The notes under the pieces were generated by a model. It saw only the letters and a list, made by a program, of their open reading frames with translations. It did no database searches and was not told the origin of the DNA. Positions 15,388-24,815 of a DNA stretch of 36,581 bases are shown one piece after another. A program made the position numbers and the translations under genes. Each line of letters opens with the position of its first letter. The first letter of the stretch is position 1. Origin of the DNA: a virus (lineage: Duplodnaviria; Caudoviricetes); IMG/VR virus record IMGVR_UViG_3300035548_000135, positions 1 to 36,581 of that record; one strand, given 5' to 3'.

Positions 15388-15639
15388 TCAAAAGAAAAAA
15401 TCTAATAATAGAATACAGTAACTTCCAATGGCTATACCTATTCCGAATTCGAGTACATCCCATTTCGTGTGATGAAATGAGGTGTCGCTTTCACACGCAT
15501 CAATCAATTGATAGACAACAAATAGCAATACAAGAACATATAAAATAGAAGCATCTACCAAAATTAAAAAAGAAGAAAAGAAACCGCCAAATATATGATA
15601 GATCGTTCCTTTTGTGCTGTGCCAGTCGCAATAATTCAT
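15388..15639 (-). CDS. Small multi-pass membrane protein, holin candidate
   Basis: Two to three hydrophobic segments; last gene of the tail operon. Confidence 0.6.
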   Translation of the reverse strand: MNYCDWHSTKGTIYHIFGGFFSSFLILVDASILYVLVLLFVVYQLIDACESDTSFHHTKWDVLEFGIGIAIGSYCILLLDFFF

Positions 15640-15863
15640 TTTGTCTCTAATACTTGTTTCTCTTCCTCAGGATATTTGTCCCTCACCGTATCGGCACTCA
15701 GTTTCGAGATGTCGAGCTGTTCTTCAAGCTCGTGCAGTTTCGCCTCCGCGTTGCGCCGTGCCGTCAAATACGGCTCGACATACGTCTCATGATTTGCCCG
15801 TGCCGTCTCGTTCAGTTTCATGATGTCCTGTTTTAAATCCTTGATGTCAGTCGCTATTGTCAT
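15636..15863 (-). CDS. Coiled-coil protein downstream of the tail fibre (possible fibre chaperone)
   Basis: GAGGTGA RBS; position. Confidence 0.6.
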   Translation of the reverse strand: MTIATDIKDLKQDIMKLNETARANHETYVEPYLTARRNAEAKLHELEEQLDISKLSADTVRDKYPEEEKQVLETK

Positions 15864-15874
15864 ATTTATTCACC

Positions 15875-18145
15875 TCATGAGAACGCCAGCTTCACCTGTC
15901 CGGCATCCTCATCCTTTACCACGAGATAGAGCGTTGCTCCATCGGCGTCGTACCACAATGCCATGTCCCCGTTGCTCGATAGCGTCGGCTCGTCGTTCTG
16001 GTCGTAGCGTTTCAGATTCTGGAGCGGATTGTCATTGAGGTCTGCACCTGCGAAACTGCCCTTTCCTGCTGATTTGACCTCCGTTACATTGCTGTCCCCT
16101 AACATCACCTGATTACTCGCTGTCGGTTCGGCGTTATACCCAATTGCTGTGGAGTTGGTATAGATATACTGTGGTGTGAGGGTATGTGTCCCTGTACCTG
16201 CATCAGTGAACGAATCAGTAACACATTCCAACGTATTAGCATCGACCACCTCCCATATATGGGGGTCGGTCGATAATCCTGCCGGAAGCGTGTCAGTTGT
16301 GGAAGCTTTGAGAATTCTCCTATCTCCTGCACTACCCCATCCATGCCCTGTTATCGTTACCTGATTTTCGGAAGCATTCACACTCTCAATGTTTTTCGCA
16401 TTTCCCGAATCCTCAACGAATGTGGAAAACGAGTTATGTCCTATCGCTGTGTTGTCATCCCCATCATTGTATTGGAGAGAAGAATATCCAAATCCGTTTG
16501 AAGAATCCCCTGAATTATATTGGAGAGAATAATGCCCAAATCCGTTTGAATAATGCCCCGAATTATTTCGGAGGGAATAAAAACCAAATCCGTTTGAATC
16601 ATTCCCTGAATTGTATTGGAGAGAACCATATCCAAATCCGTTTGAATAAGTTCCTGAATTGTATTGGAGAGACGAATGCCCAAATCCGTTTGAATAATCC
16701 CCATCATTGTATCGGAGAGAATAAGCCCCAAATCCGTTTGAAGAATCCCCTGAATTGTTTTGGAGAGACGAATGCCCAAATCCGTTTGAATAAGTTCCTG
16801 AATTTGAACTACCTGCGTATTTTCCAAGGAAGTTGCAACCTGTTCCAATATTGATAGCGAGCGACTGACTTCCACTTATATATCCGTATATCACATCGTT
16901 TGCGGTGTCGTACTCCAGATAGTCATCGGTGTCAAACGTTATTTTCGCACCTGTTACGGTCAGCTCTCCAGAAAAACTCGCATTATTGCTACTGTCGAAC
17001 GTCAACCCGCCCGTGTTATCGTATCCTATTGATTGTGTTCCGAGAACAACATCTCCACCACTCATCGTTAAATCTGATGTCAATGTACCCCCATTGAAGT
17101 GCATTGCACCTGCACTTTTAACTTCAGTTACATTGCTGTCCCCCAACATTACCTGATTGCTCGCTGTCGGTTCTGCATCATGCCCTATCGCTGTGGAGTT
17201 CGTGTAAACGGTCTGGGGTGTAAGCGTGTGCGTACCGCTGCCGCTGCCCGCTGCGAACCAATCGCTTATGCATTCAAGAGTATCAGCATCGACCACTTCC
17301 CATACATCCACGCCCGCATCCAATCCGCTTGGAAGTGTTCCTGTTGTTGATATTTTCAGTAGGATAAAATCGCCAACGCTTCCGAATCCATGAGCGGTAA
17401 CGGTCATTTGGTTGTTTGAATCGACACTTACGATATTTTTGGCGTTCCCTGAATCTTCAACGAACGTGCTGAATGCGTTGTGCCCTATGGCGACATTATC
17501 GTTTGCACCATTATATAGCAGGGCATTCGTTCCAATTCCCTGCGAATAATTGCCTACGTTATATCGGGAAGCGGATTTGCCAATTGCAGATATTTCATTG
17601 CCTGTGTTAAATTGCGCGGCATCCTCCCCTACTGCTGCAACATTGTCGCCCTTATTATACTCCGCAACACACGTACCCACACCAGATACGTAGTTGCCTT
17701 CATTCGTCCATGCGGCAGACACACCCACTACATCAACATAACTACCAAAATTGGTGTGCCCTGCATAGTGCCCTACTAACGTGCAGAAGTTCGAACCACT
17801 CCCCCCGATAGTTAGTGAGGTCTGGTTCCCTATAAGGAGATATAACACGTTGTTTGTTGTATCAAAATATAGATAATCTCCTGAATCGTATATCATTGAA
17901 TGGGTACCTATCGTCACATCCCCGGTGAACGTACCGCCGGAAAGTGGCATGAGGCCTGCTTCGGCTATGGTCTGATTCTCCCAATGGTCGGTGACGTAAA
18001 CTATGATCTCCCCGTCTGAAACAGTGTCAATAGTTACGTCAATCTTGTTTGTATCAAGATCGCTCAATGCCGTTCGTACTGCTGTACCCCAGCTCGCGGC
18101 TATTGTCTCTCCTGTTGATACCTCATCAGGTAGTGTAATTGTCAT
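15875..18145 (-). CDS. Tail fibre / receptor-binding protein with a duplicated repeat module
   Basis: 16-aa Gly/Asn/Ser repeats, NSTAIG..A..TASNQVMLG adhesin-like motifs, two homologous modules, position at the end of the tail operon. Confidence 0.85.
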   Translation of the reverse strand: MTITLPDEVSTGETIAASWGTAVRTALSDLDTNKIDVTIDTVSDGEIIVYVTDHWENQTIAEAGLMPLSGGTFTGDVTIGTHSMIYDSGDYLYFDTTNNVLYLLIGNQTSLTIGGSGSNFCTLVGHYAGHTNFGSYVDVVGVSAAWTNEGNYVSGVGTCVAEYNKGDNVAAVGEDAAQFNTGNEISAIGKSASRYNVGNYSQGIGTNALLYNGANDNVAIGHNAFSTFVEDSGNAKNIVSVDSNNQMTVTAHGFGSVGDFILLKISTTGTLPSGLDAGVDVWEVVDADTLECISDWFAAGSGSGTHTLTPQTVYTNSTAIGHDAEPTASNQVMLGDSNVTEVKSAGAMHFNGGTLTSDLTMSGGDVVLGTQSIGYDNTGGLTFDSSNNASFSGELTVTGAKITFDTDDYLEYDTANDVIYGYISGSQSLAINIGTGCNFLGKYAGSSNSGTYSNGFGHSSLQNNSGDSSNGFGAYSLRYNDGDYSNGFGHSSLQYNSGTYSNGFGYGSLQYNSGNDSNGFGFYSLRNNSGHYSNGFGHYSLQYNSGDSSNGFGYSSLQYNDGDDNTAIGHNSFSTFVEDSGNAKNIESVNASENQVTITGHGWGSAGDRRILKASTTDTLPAGLSTDPHIWEVVDANTLECVTDSFTDAGTGTHTLTPQYIYTNSTAIGYNAEPTASNQVMLGDSNVTEVKSAGKGSFAGADLNDNPLQNLKRYDQNDEPTLSSNGDMALWYDADGATLYLVVKDEDAGQVKLAFS
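16454..16789 (-). repeat. Seven 48-bp coding tandem repeats (SNGFGxxSLxxNxGxx)
   Basis: Invariant core aatccgtttgaa at 16491, 16539, 16587, 16635, 16683, 16731, 16779. Confidence 0.95.
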
Positions 18146-18150
18146 TCAGA

Positions 18151-18951
18151 TCATCCCCATGATGCGCTGTCCCATACGCCGTACTTCCTGGAGACATCAT
18201 CCTCCTTGCGTATGAGCAGGTAATCGATTTCGATATCATTCGTGTTTGTGGTGTCCCTGACATTCACCCGGAAGTCGTCGGTCGTCGCGCTTATGGTGAA
18301 CGCCCCGAGGTCGAGGACATGCCAGGTGTCCGTTTCGGTGGGAGACACAAAGCTTCCCGTGGTGCCAGGCGTTACCCCCTGCAGCTCCACCGTTGACGTG
18401 GTGTTTGCGTACACGCATGCGTAAAATGAATATGAACCGGACGGCAGATTGAGCGCGGCCGTGTCGAGCACCTTCACCGAGCTTCCCGTCGGGGTGTAGA
18501 CCACCTTCTCGTCGTTGGAGCACGCGGTGTCGGTCGTGTCCGTGCCTGCGGAGTTGTTGTCCTCCGCTTCGATGTTAATATAATGCTCGCTAAGATCTTC
18601 TATTTCGTAGAACCCTATGTCGAATTCATACCGTGTCGCTTGGGTTCCGGTTTCCTTGAAACTATAAATGATCGCCCAGCCAGAATAATCATTGGTCTGA
18701 ACATAGATTGTATTTGAATAAAACGGGGATGTGTCTGAAAGGATATCGTGGCCTAACGGAACAGGGGTTATACTTGTCCTGTTGGCATGCCTGCATTGTT
18801 CCCGTATCTCTGTGCGCCTGTCTGATATGTTCGAGGCCACCGCTATCGTTACCCGGTGTTCAAGCCCGTTATGTATATGCTTTATCTCCGTTGCATCATT
18901 CGTCAGGGTGCTCTTTCCTATTTGAAGCGTCATCCTTATTCTCCAAGTCAA
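18151..18951 (-). CDS. Minor tail protein with C-terminal beta-sandwich (CBM-like) domain
   Basis: LPSGSYSFY...WHVLDLG...IEIDYLLI pattern; tail module position. Confidence 0.6.
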   Translation of the reverse strand: MTWRIRMTLQIGKSTLTNDATEIKHIHNGLEHRVTIAVASNISDRRTEIREQCRHANRTSITPVPLGHDILSDTSPFYSNTIYVQTNDYSGWAIIYSFKETGTQATRYEFDIGFYEIEDLSEHYINIEAEDNNSAGTDTTDTACSNDEKVVYTPTGSSVKVLDTAALNLPSGSYSFYACVYANTTSTVELQGVTPGTTGSFVSPTETDTWHVLDLGAFTISATTDDFRVNVRDTTNTNDIEIDYLLIRKEDDVSRKYGVWDSASWG

Positions 18952-19093
18952 GCAATGTTGTCAACAAGACTTTCTTTAGTTCGTGCCTGTCTATGTGTTT
19001 TTGTTTCCATACCCATTGTCTTCCATTGCTCTCTATCCAGAACACGGTTTCGTTTTTTTGGGGTTTTTGTTTGAATGGATTTCTAATCTTCAT
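18896..19093 (-). CDS. Hypothetical protein
   Basis: Tiling ORF with GGAG RBS. Confidence 0.5.
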   Translation of the reverse strand: MKIRNPFKQKPQKNETVFWIESNGRQWVWKQKHIDRHELKKVLLTTLLDLENKDDASNRKEHPDE

Positions 19094-19523
19094 TCTCCAG
19101 TACCCCTTCTCTTGTCATGTGTGTTATCACTTCTATTAATGCCTTCCATGTGATGTGTATCTTGTTTTCATCCGGATGGTAATCTTCCTTGTCGTCATGT
19201 ATGTGTACCGGATCCATCGGTTCTGCCCTGAACTTCTCCCAGTTAGCTAGTTTCTCCAAAACATCTTTTTTTATCGTTTCATACATGGTTCCATGCAAAG
19301 GATGAAGCTCCTTCCATGGATAATAGTTGCCTTGGTATTTGAATATGAGTTTTCGTTCCTGTAGTGCCCGAACCTTCGCTTCAAGTGCCTGATTGTCGTC
19401 CGATAGGTTAAATATATCTTGAAGCTTTGCGTGTTCTTTTTTTGATGTATGTTTCTTTTCAATCACGTCTAGGATCTCTTTCTTTGATACTCCTTTTTCT
19501 TTCTTAATCCTCATTTTCGTCAT
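19083..19523 (-). CDS. Hypothetical protein
   Basis: GGAGGT RBS; tiling ORF. Confidence 0.7.
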   Translation of the reverse strand: MTKMRIKKEKGVSKKEILDVIEKKHTSKKEHAKLQDIFNLSDDNQALEAKVRALQERKLIFKYQGNYYPWKELHPLHGTMYETIKKDVLEKLANWEKFRAEPMDPVHIHDDKEDYHPDENKIHITWKALIEVITHMTREGVLENED

Positions 19524-19536
19524 GATCTGACCTCCG

Positions 19537-21759
19537 TTAATAATATATAATTACCTTTCCCCGTATTCGTCCGTTCTGATCACTTCCGAATACAAGAGAA
19601 TGGGTTCCTTCTGTGTTCACATAGTCCGTTATGTCTAATTCCTCGCTGAAATTATTACTCCATGAGCCGCCTAATGCGGTTGTCCTGTCTGTCCCGTTGA
19701 TCGTCAGCGTCACATTGCTTGGGTAGGTGTCTTCTTTTAATTCCGCTCCTGCGCTCTCGCTTCCCGAATTGCCTGTGATGGATGCTCCACGCCCTCCGCT
19801 TGCACCCGAAACGGAAACGGAAGAACCGCCCGAAGAACCTGCTATATCTGCGCCTTCGGATCCCGTATCGCCAGAATTGATGTCGGCGGCTGCTGATTGG
19901 GTGCTTCCACTAGACAAATAATACATATTTGATCCGCTTGTATTTGCATCTGTGCTTCCAGTAAGGGCACTATGGGAATGTGGAAAATCCGAACCATCTA
20001 CTTCGTCTGTTCCCCCTTCGCTGCTTAGGTCGTGGTCATGAGACTTGTAAGCAAATGAACCATAATTTGAATACAACGAATGTGTTTGACTTGTATCTTC
20101 CAACGTTCCATAATTATGGTCGTGATTGTCTGCGTCGTATGTTCCGTCACCATGGCTGTGGCTATCGCCGCCATAGGTCCCGACCCCGTGTGTGTGAGAA
20201 TCTACCGTGTAACTTGCGGCGTTGTCATGGTAGTGAGACTCTGCTGAGTATTGCTTGTATTTCAATCCATCGATTTTTAGCGTTGCCTTTACTATGCCTT
20301 CCTCTTGCACATCTAAGTTATATGTAAGTCCGAAACTTGAACTCAGATTTCCCTCAAAGGTGTCTATGTATTTTCTTCTGGTATCTAGGTCTTGGATGTT
20401 CGCCGAGCCGTACATTGCTATTCCGTCATATCCGCTTATTACGTTTATAGTCTTGTCAATCGTTCGCTTGCTTCCGCATCGAAGTACGCTTAATTTTTCT
20501 GAAAAGTTATGGTCTATCCCGTATATTCTTTTGTACTCAAACGTATGGGTGTCCGGGTTTCGAACATATGCCCTGTCGTTGATCGTTATGTCTGTGTTCA
20601 GCGGTATCGGTCCGATCTCGTATGTTGTCTGGGTGGTTGAATATTCGTTCAATATGTTTGAGGCCTTTTGTTCCGCATCGGTAGTATCGGTTATGTCCGT
20701 GTCTGTAACCACCATGTCTTCGTATCCGTTTCCGCTTGTGGCTCGTGCCATTACTTCTTGCCATGTTCCGTCTGACTGCTGGACCTTGCTTCCAATCAAG
20801 ATGATCCTGTCTACTACCGAATCCGTGTCTTCCTCTTTTATCGTTTCATATTTTGTAACCGTATAAGAGTTTGTGTAATCTGTTCTTGGCTTGAATGTTA
20901 TTATGTTGCTTGTCTCCGTGTAATCCCAGACACCGTTTGAATCGCCTATGTCGCATAATCTGTCTAAGCTCACTATCATGTACTCATGATGAAAAGTTAT
21001 GTCCTGAACATCATAATCCGGGGTGCTGCTGAAATTCGCATAAAACCCCGAATCATACAGTAACCCGTTGGAGTAATTGGTATATGTTCCGTCTGTCTCG
21101 GACGTGCATAATTCGCTGTCTCCTGCGCTAAACGTTCCTATGGTGTTTGCTGCCGAATCTTGTGCAGTAATGGTTCCTACCGCATTTGAATTTAGGCTAA
21201 TGGATAAGATCCCGTCATAACTATTTGAGCTGGTTACGCTTGATGTTCCGGAAAGAGAGACTGTTTCATTTCTGATAAAGGTGTTATATGTTCCGACTAT
21301 CGTTGCGTTTTGCGTATCGTCTGCGCTTGTGCTCACCAGACTTATTGTTCCTGCTGTTTGAATGTCTTGTGTCCATGCAGCGTCTCCGCTCCAGCCGGAT
21401 AAAATTTCTTGAATGTTTTTGTTTATGTACTTTCTATGTCCGTTTGTTCGTTTTGCCAATCCTACAAGAGTTCCCCGTGCGGTGATTGAATAGCTTGTTC
21501 CGTTTAGTGTATGCTGTGGAACAAACGTTTTTATGGTTCCTGTGAAAAATGTTGTATTGTTTATTTCTGCGGTTATTGTATCTTCTTTTGCGATATTGTT
21601 TTTTAATTGTGGAATGGACGGTTCAAGGACTTCAAATGTCATTTCCGCTATTTCTCGCTGTTCGTGGGTAAAACTAACATCAACCGCATCATGCGTTATG
21701 TCCGTTGTCGTTGTATCGTGCGTTACTGTAAGCTTGTATTGATACATGATCTTACCCAA
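19537..21759 (-). CDS. Baseplate hub/Tal-like tail protein with C-terminal HxH-repeat region
   Basis: Follows the tape measure; hub-like FTGTI...YSITARG pattern; HxH motifs HYH, HTH, HSH, HDH, HDH, HSH. Confidence 0.7.
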   Translation of the reverse strand: MGKIMYQYKLTVTHDTTTTDITHDAVDVSFTHEQREIAEMTFEVLEPSIPQLKNNIAKEDTITAEINNTTFFTGTIKTFVPQHTLNGTSYSITARGTLVGLAKRTNGHRKYINKNIQEILSGWSGDAAWTQDIQTAGTISLVSTSADDTQNATIVGTYNTFIRNETVSLSGTSSVTSSNSYDGILSISLNSNAVGTITAQDSAANTIGTFSAGDSELCTSETDGTYTNYSNGLLYDSGFYANFSSTPDYDVQDITFHHEYMIVSLDRLCDIGDSNGVWDYTETSNIITFKPRTDYTNSYTVTKYETIKEEDTDSVVDRIILIGSKVQQSDGTWQEVMARATSGNGYEDMVVTDTDITDTTDAEQKASNILNEYSTTQTTYEIGPIPLNTDITINDRAYVRNPDTHTFEYKRIYGIDHNFSEKLSVLRCGSKRTIDKTINVISGYDGIAMYGSANIQDLDTRRKYIDTFEGNLSSSFGLTYNLDVQEEGIVKATLKIDGLKYKQYSAESHYHDNAASYTVDSHTHGVGTYGGDSHSHGDGTYDADNHDHNYGTLEDTSQTHSLYSNYGSFAYKSHDHDLSSEGGTDEVDGSDFPHSHSALTGSTDANTSGSNMYYLSSGSTQSAAADINSGDTGSEGADIAGSSGGSSVSVSGASGGRGASITGNSGSESAGAELKEDTYPSNVTLTINGTDRTTALGGSWSNNFSEELDITDYVNTEGTHSLVFGSDQNGRIRGKVIIYY

Positions 21760-24307
21760 AGTATAGTCCTTTTCTTCTCTTTCCTAATTCAAGAAGACGT
21801 TTTCTAAGATAATCCGTCATGTTGTCTATTTCTGATTTTGTAAGCTTTTGGGCTGTTGGCAAAGATATGTTAATATTTTCTACCACTATCGTTTCTGCAT
21901 TATTTGAGGGTGGAGTAATATGCTGTAACCTGTCTAGAGGAATGACCGCCTCCGGTCCGGCCTCACCTATCATTGCAAACGTGGGTTTGTCTACTATGCC
22001 ACCTGAAGCAAGTCCCGGAATATTCAAACCTGAAAAGTCAAGTGATAATAGATCGTTTAACCATCCGGGCGGCGAAGGCCAGCTCACACTAACTATTATC
22101 GACTTGAATTCCGAACCTGCGCTTCGTACCCAATCGACAAAGTTCTTTAACCATCCGGAAATGGTGGAACCGAGTTTTATGGTTGCGTTTTTGACTGTTG
22201 TCCCTTTGTCTAATATCCAGTCCACTATGGTCTTTAACCAACCTTTTATCTTAGATCCGAGATTTATAATTGCTTCTTTCGGATTTTTCCAACCGCCATC
22301 AAGTATCCATTGTATGAGGTCTGTTGCTCTTTTTTCTCCCCACAACATTGCCTTAAGCGGAAGCGAGATAGGAAGCGTTATGCCCTTCCATAACAACCCG
22401 ACTGCTTTTCCTGCGGTCTTTCCAAACAATTGTTCTGCAATTCCGGAAAGCAGTTTCTCAGGGAACGAGAACCTAAAGTCGATCAATGCATCGCTTATAC
22501 CTATCCGTATCTTTTGGATATTAAGGTCTAGGTTGGCCAGTTCCATCAACATCTTCTGGAGTAATGCCTGAACCCCGTTTTTCCCTTCTGGAGTTTCATA
22601 ATTTGCTATTCCGTCCGAGATACCTTCACCTATCCTATTCAGAACATCGTTGAGCTTTCCGGAACGTATATCATCTGCAACGGTTCCTAAATTTTCATTT
22701 ATCCATTTAAGAAGTTTTGTCGAGACATCAAGAGACCATCGAACCGCGTCTAAGACCTTATCTACTGCGGCCTGAATATCCTCTTTATCGAGTTCTTCAA
22801 AGGCCTCTATTATCCCTTCCTTTATACCTTTCAATTCTTCTTTCAAAGTGCCCCATACACCGCTCCAATTGGTTTCTTCTATCCTGTTATAGATCCCTGT
22901 GCCTATGCCCCGTAACATATTCAGTAATCCATTGAACACACCCACCCAGTCTGTGTTGAATATGGTGTTATAGACAAAGGTTCCCACTCCTGCCAAGGCA
23001 TCAAAAATGGATTCGCCGAATTCCGACCAGTCTGTTTCAAATAATAGTTTCTTGAAGCTTTCCACGACAGTATTGAATATGGAAAAGAGAGAATTGGATA
23101 ATCCCATGAAGTCTATATCTGAAAATAAATCTATCGCCTTTTTGGGAAGGAATGTTACAAGGTCGCCTAACATTTCCCCTAATTGAGAGAAATCACCCGT
23201 ATCGAATGCTTCCTTTAAACTGTCTGTGAAGTCCATTATTCCGCCGGCAATGCTTCTCAATCTTCCGCTTATGTTGAATGTTGAAACCATCCAGTCGCCA
23301 AATGCGATACCTGAAGTCATTACTGAATTCTTGAGTATCTTGAATGCTCCTGAAAGCGTGTTCATCTGTTGGTTTGCCATTCGGTCTGCTGTTCCGCCCG
23401 ATTCCGCTATAGCGTCCTTTAGTTTTCCAAAGCTTTCGCCGGAATCTTCTGCGAGCTTTCCAACAGACATGCCCTCTACACCTAATATTCGTAGCATCTG
23501 TGTGGTTGATGCTCCTGAATCTCCGAGTTTTGCAAGGATCTCCGAGAATGTATTTGATTCCGGTGAAACATCTTGTACTGTCAACCCTAGTTCTTTTAAT
23601 GCGCTTGCCGCATCACCGGCCGGATCCATAAGGGCATTAAGTGACTGGCGTAGTGCCGTACCTGCTTGGCTTGCAGGAATACCGAGGTTATACAGACTGC
23701 CGAGTGCGGCTAACGTATCATCCAAACTATACCCTAATTGAGAGAACATCGGTCCGGCATAGGTCATCGAATCCGCAAGTTTTTCCATCGTTGCCTGACT
23801 GCCTGCGATGGTCGTTGCAAACTTGTCTGCCACCATCTCGGCATCTGAGGCCTCCAGTCCAAACATCGTAATAGTTGCCGCCACTTTCTCGGAAACAAGT
23901 GCCATGTCGGATTGCGTTGCGGATGTAAGCTTTAATACTCCTGATAGTGCCTCTGCTGACTGGGTTGCATCCCATCCTGCCGAACCGAGATAATACATGG
24001 CTTGTGCTGCTTGTGTGGCAGAATAGCCGAGCATGGTCACTTCTTTCGATGTAGCGAGGTCTTTCAGTCTTTCAAATGTGTCTCCGGTGGCATTCGTTAC
24101 TGTTTGAACGTTCGCCATCTCTTGCTCAAAAGAGGAGAACACTTTTATCGAACCTGCCACTCCTGCGGCGAGTGCGGCGGTTCCGGCTACCGCTCCCATT
24201 TTAAGGGCGGATTTCATCTTGCCGCCCAATGCTTGCAGTTTTGACTGTGCCTTTGTTGTGTCAGCACCCACAACGATCTTTATCTTCTGGTCGGCATAGT
24301 TGAGCAT
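21752..24307 (-). CDS. Tail tape measure protein (TP901-type)
   Basis: FEQEMANV, YSATQAAQAMYYL, ASQAGTALR core and C-terminal LASGGIV..PT.AMIGEAGPEAVIPL. Confidence 0.95.
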   Translation of the reverse strand: MLNYADQKIKIVVGADTTKAQSKLQALGGKMKSALKMGAVAGTAALAAGVAGSIKVFSSFEQEMANVQTVTNATGDTFERLKDLATSKEVTMLGYSATQAAQAMYYLGSAGWDATQSAEALSGVLKLTSATQSDMALVSEKVAATITMFGLEASDAEMVADKFATTIAGSQATMEKLADSMTYAGPMFSQLGYSLDDTLAALGSLYNLGIPASQAGTALRQSLNALMDPAGDAASALKELGLTVQDVSPESNTFSEILAKLGDSGASTTQMLRILGVEGMSVGKLAEDSGESFGKLKDAIAESGGTADRMANQQMNTLSGAFKILKNSVMTSGIAFGDWMVSTFNISGRLRSIAGGIMDFTDSLKEAFDTGDFSQLGEMLGDLVTFLPKKAIDLFSDIDFMGLSNSLFSIFNTVVESFKKLLFETDWSEFGESIFDALAGVGTFVYNTIFNTDWVGVFNGLLNMLRGIGTGIYNRIEETNWSGVWGTLKEELKGIKEGIIEAFEELDKEDIQAAVDKVLDAVRWSLDVSTKLLKWINENLGTVADDIRSGKLNDVLNRIGEGISDGIANYETPEGKNGVQALLQKMLMELANLDLNIQKIRIGISDALIDFRFSFPEKLLSGIAEQLFGKTAGKAVGLLWKGITLPISLPLKAMLWGEKRATDLIQWILDGGWKNPKEAIINLGSKIKGWLKTIVDWILDKGTTVKNATIKLGSTISGWLKNFVDWVRSAGSEFKSIIVSVSWPSPPGWLNDLLSLDFSGLNIPGLASGGIVDKPTFAMIGEAGPEAVIPLDRLQHITPPSNNAETIVVENINISLPTAQKLTKSEIDNMTDYLRKRLLELGKRRKGLYFG

Positions 24308-24308
24308 G

Positions 24309-24530
24309 TTACTTGATCCCCATCTTTTTCTTCAAGAGTTTCGAGTTTGTTGTCTTTCCTTCTTCTAGTTCTCGTTTCAAGCTTGTATATTCACCTAAGA
24401 ACTTCCATTGGATGACTGTAAGCTGATTTAGCTTTTCATAGTCCCAATCAAGAGTTTCCAGCATCCCCCCTATCGTCAGAACTGCCTCGTCGCTTAAATT
24501 CTCGAAAGGAAGGCTCCAACTCCTCGACAA
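24309..24530 (-). CDS. Tail assembly chaperone frameshift extension (gpT-like)
   Basis: Overlaps the chaperone 3' end in the +1 frame and ends next to the tape measure start. Confidence 0.7.
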   Translation of the reverse strand: MSRSWSLPFENLSDEAVLTIGGMLETLDWDYEKLNQLTVIQWKFLGEYTSLKRELEEGKTTNSKLLKKKMGIK

Positions 24531-24813
24531 ATGCCGACATCAATACGTCTGCGACAAATCCGAGATTGTCAAATATCTTTGCTGTAAACTTATGTTTTCC
24601 CTCTTCATCTTCAACATAGTCAACACACTCAATGAGTATGTCCCTGAATACCTTTACAACGTCCCCGTCATCCTTTGCCTTGAATTGCGCTTCAGTCCAT
24701 TTCAGCCCTTTCGGTTCATGCCAGTAGAATACAAGCGTGTCTGCTTCTGATTCACCCACCTGTAGTTCTATCGTTCCGCTTCGTGAATGTGTCAAATCGG
24801 AGATCTTAACCAT
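24448..24813 (-). CDS. Tail assembly chaperone (gpG-like)
   Basis: Between tail tube and tape measure; typical size. Confidence 0.8.
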   Translation of the reverse strand: MVKISDLTHSRSGTIELQVGESEADTLVFYWHEPKGLKWTEAQFKAKDDGDVVKVFRDILIECVDYVEDEEGKHKFTAKIFDNLGFVADVLMSAFVEELEPSFREFKRRGSSDDRGDAGNS

Positions 24814-24815
24814 GT

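Noticed and set aside
16454-16789. 48-bp periodic repeat as a CRISPR mini-array or DGR template/variable pair
   Set aside because: The period is a multiple of 3 and in frame within the fibre gene, the intervening parts resemble each other, variation is not adenine-specific, and no reverse transcriptase or cas gene is present.
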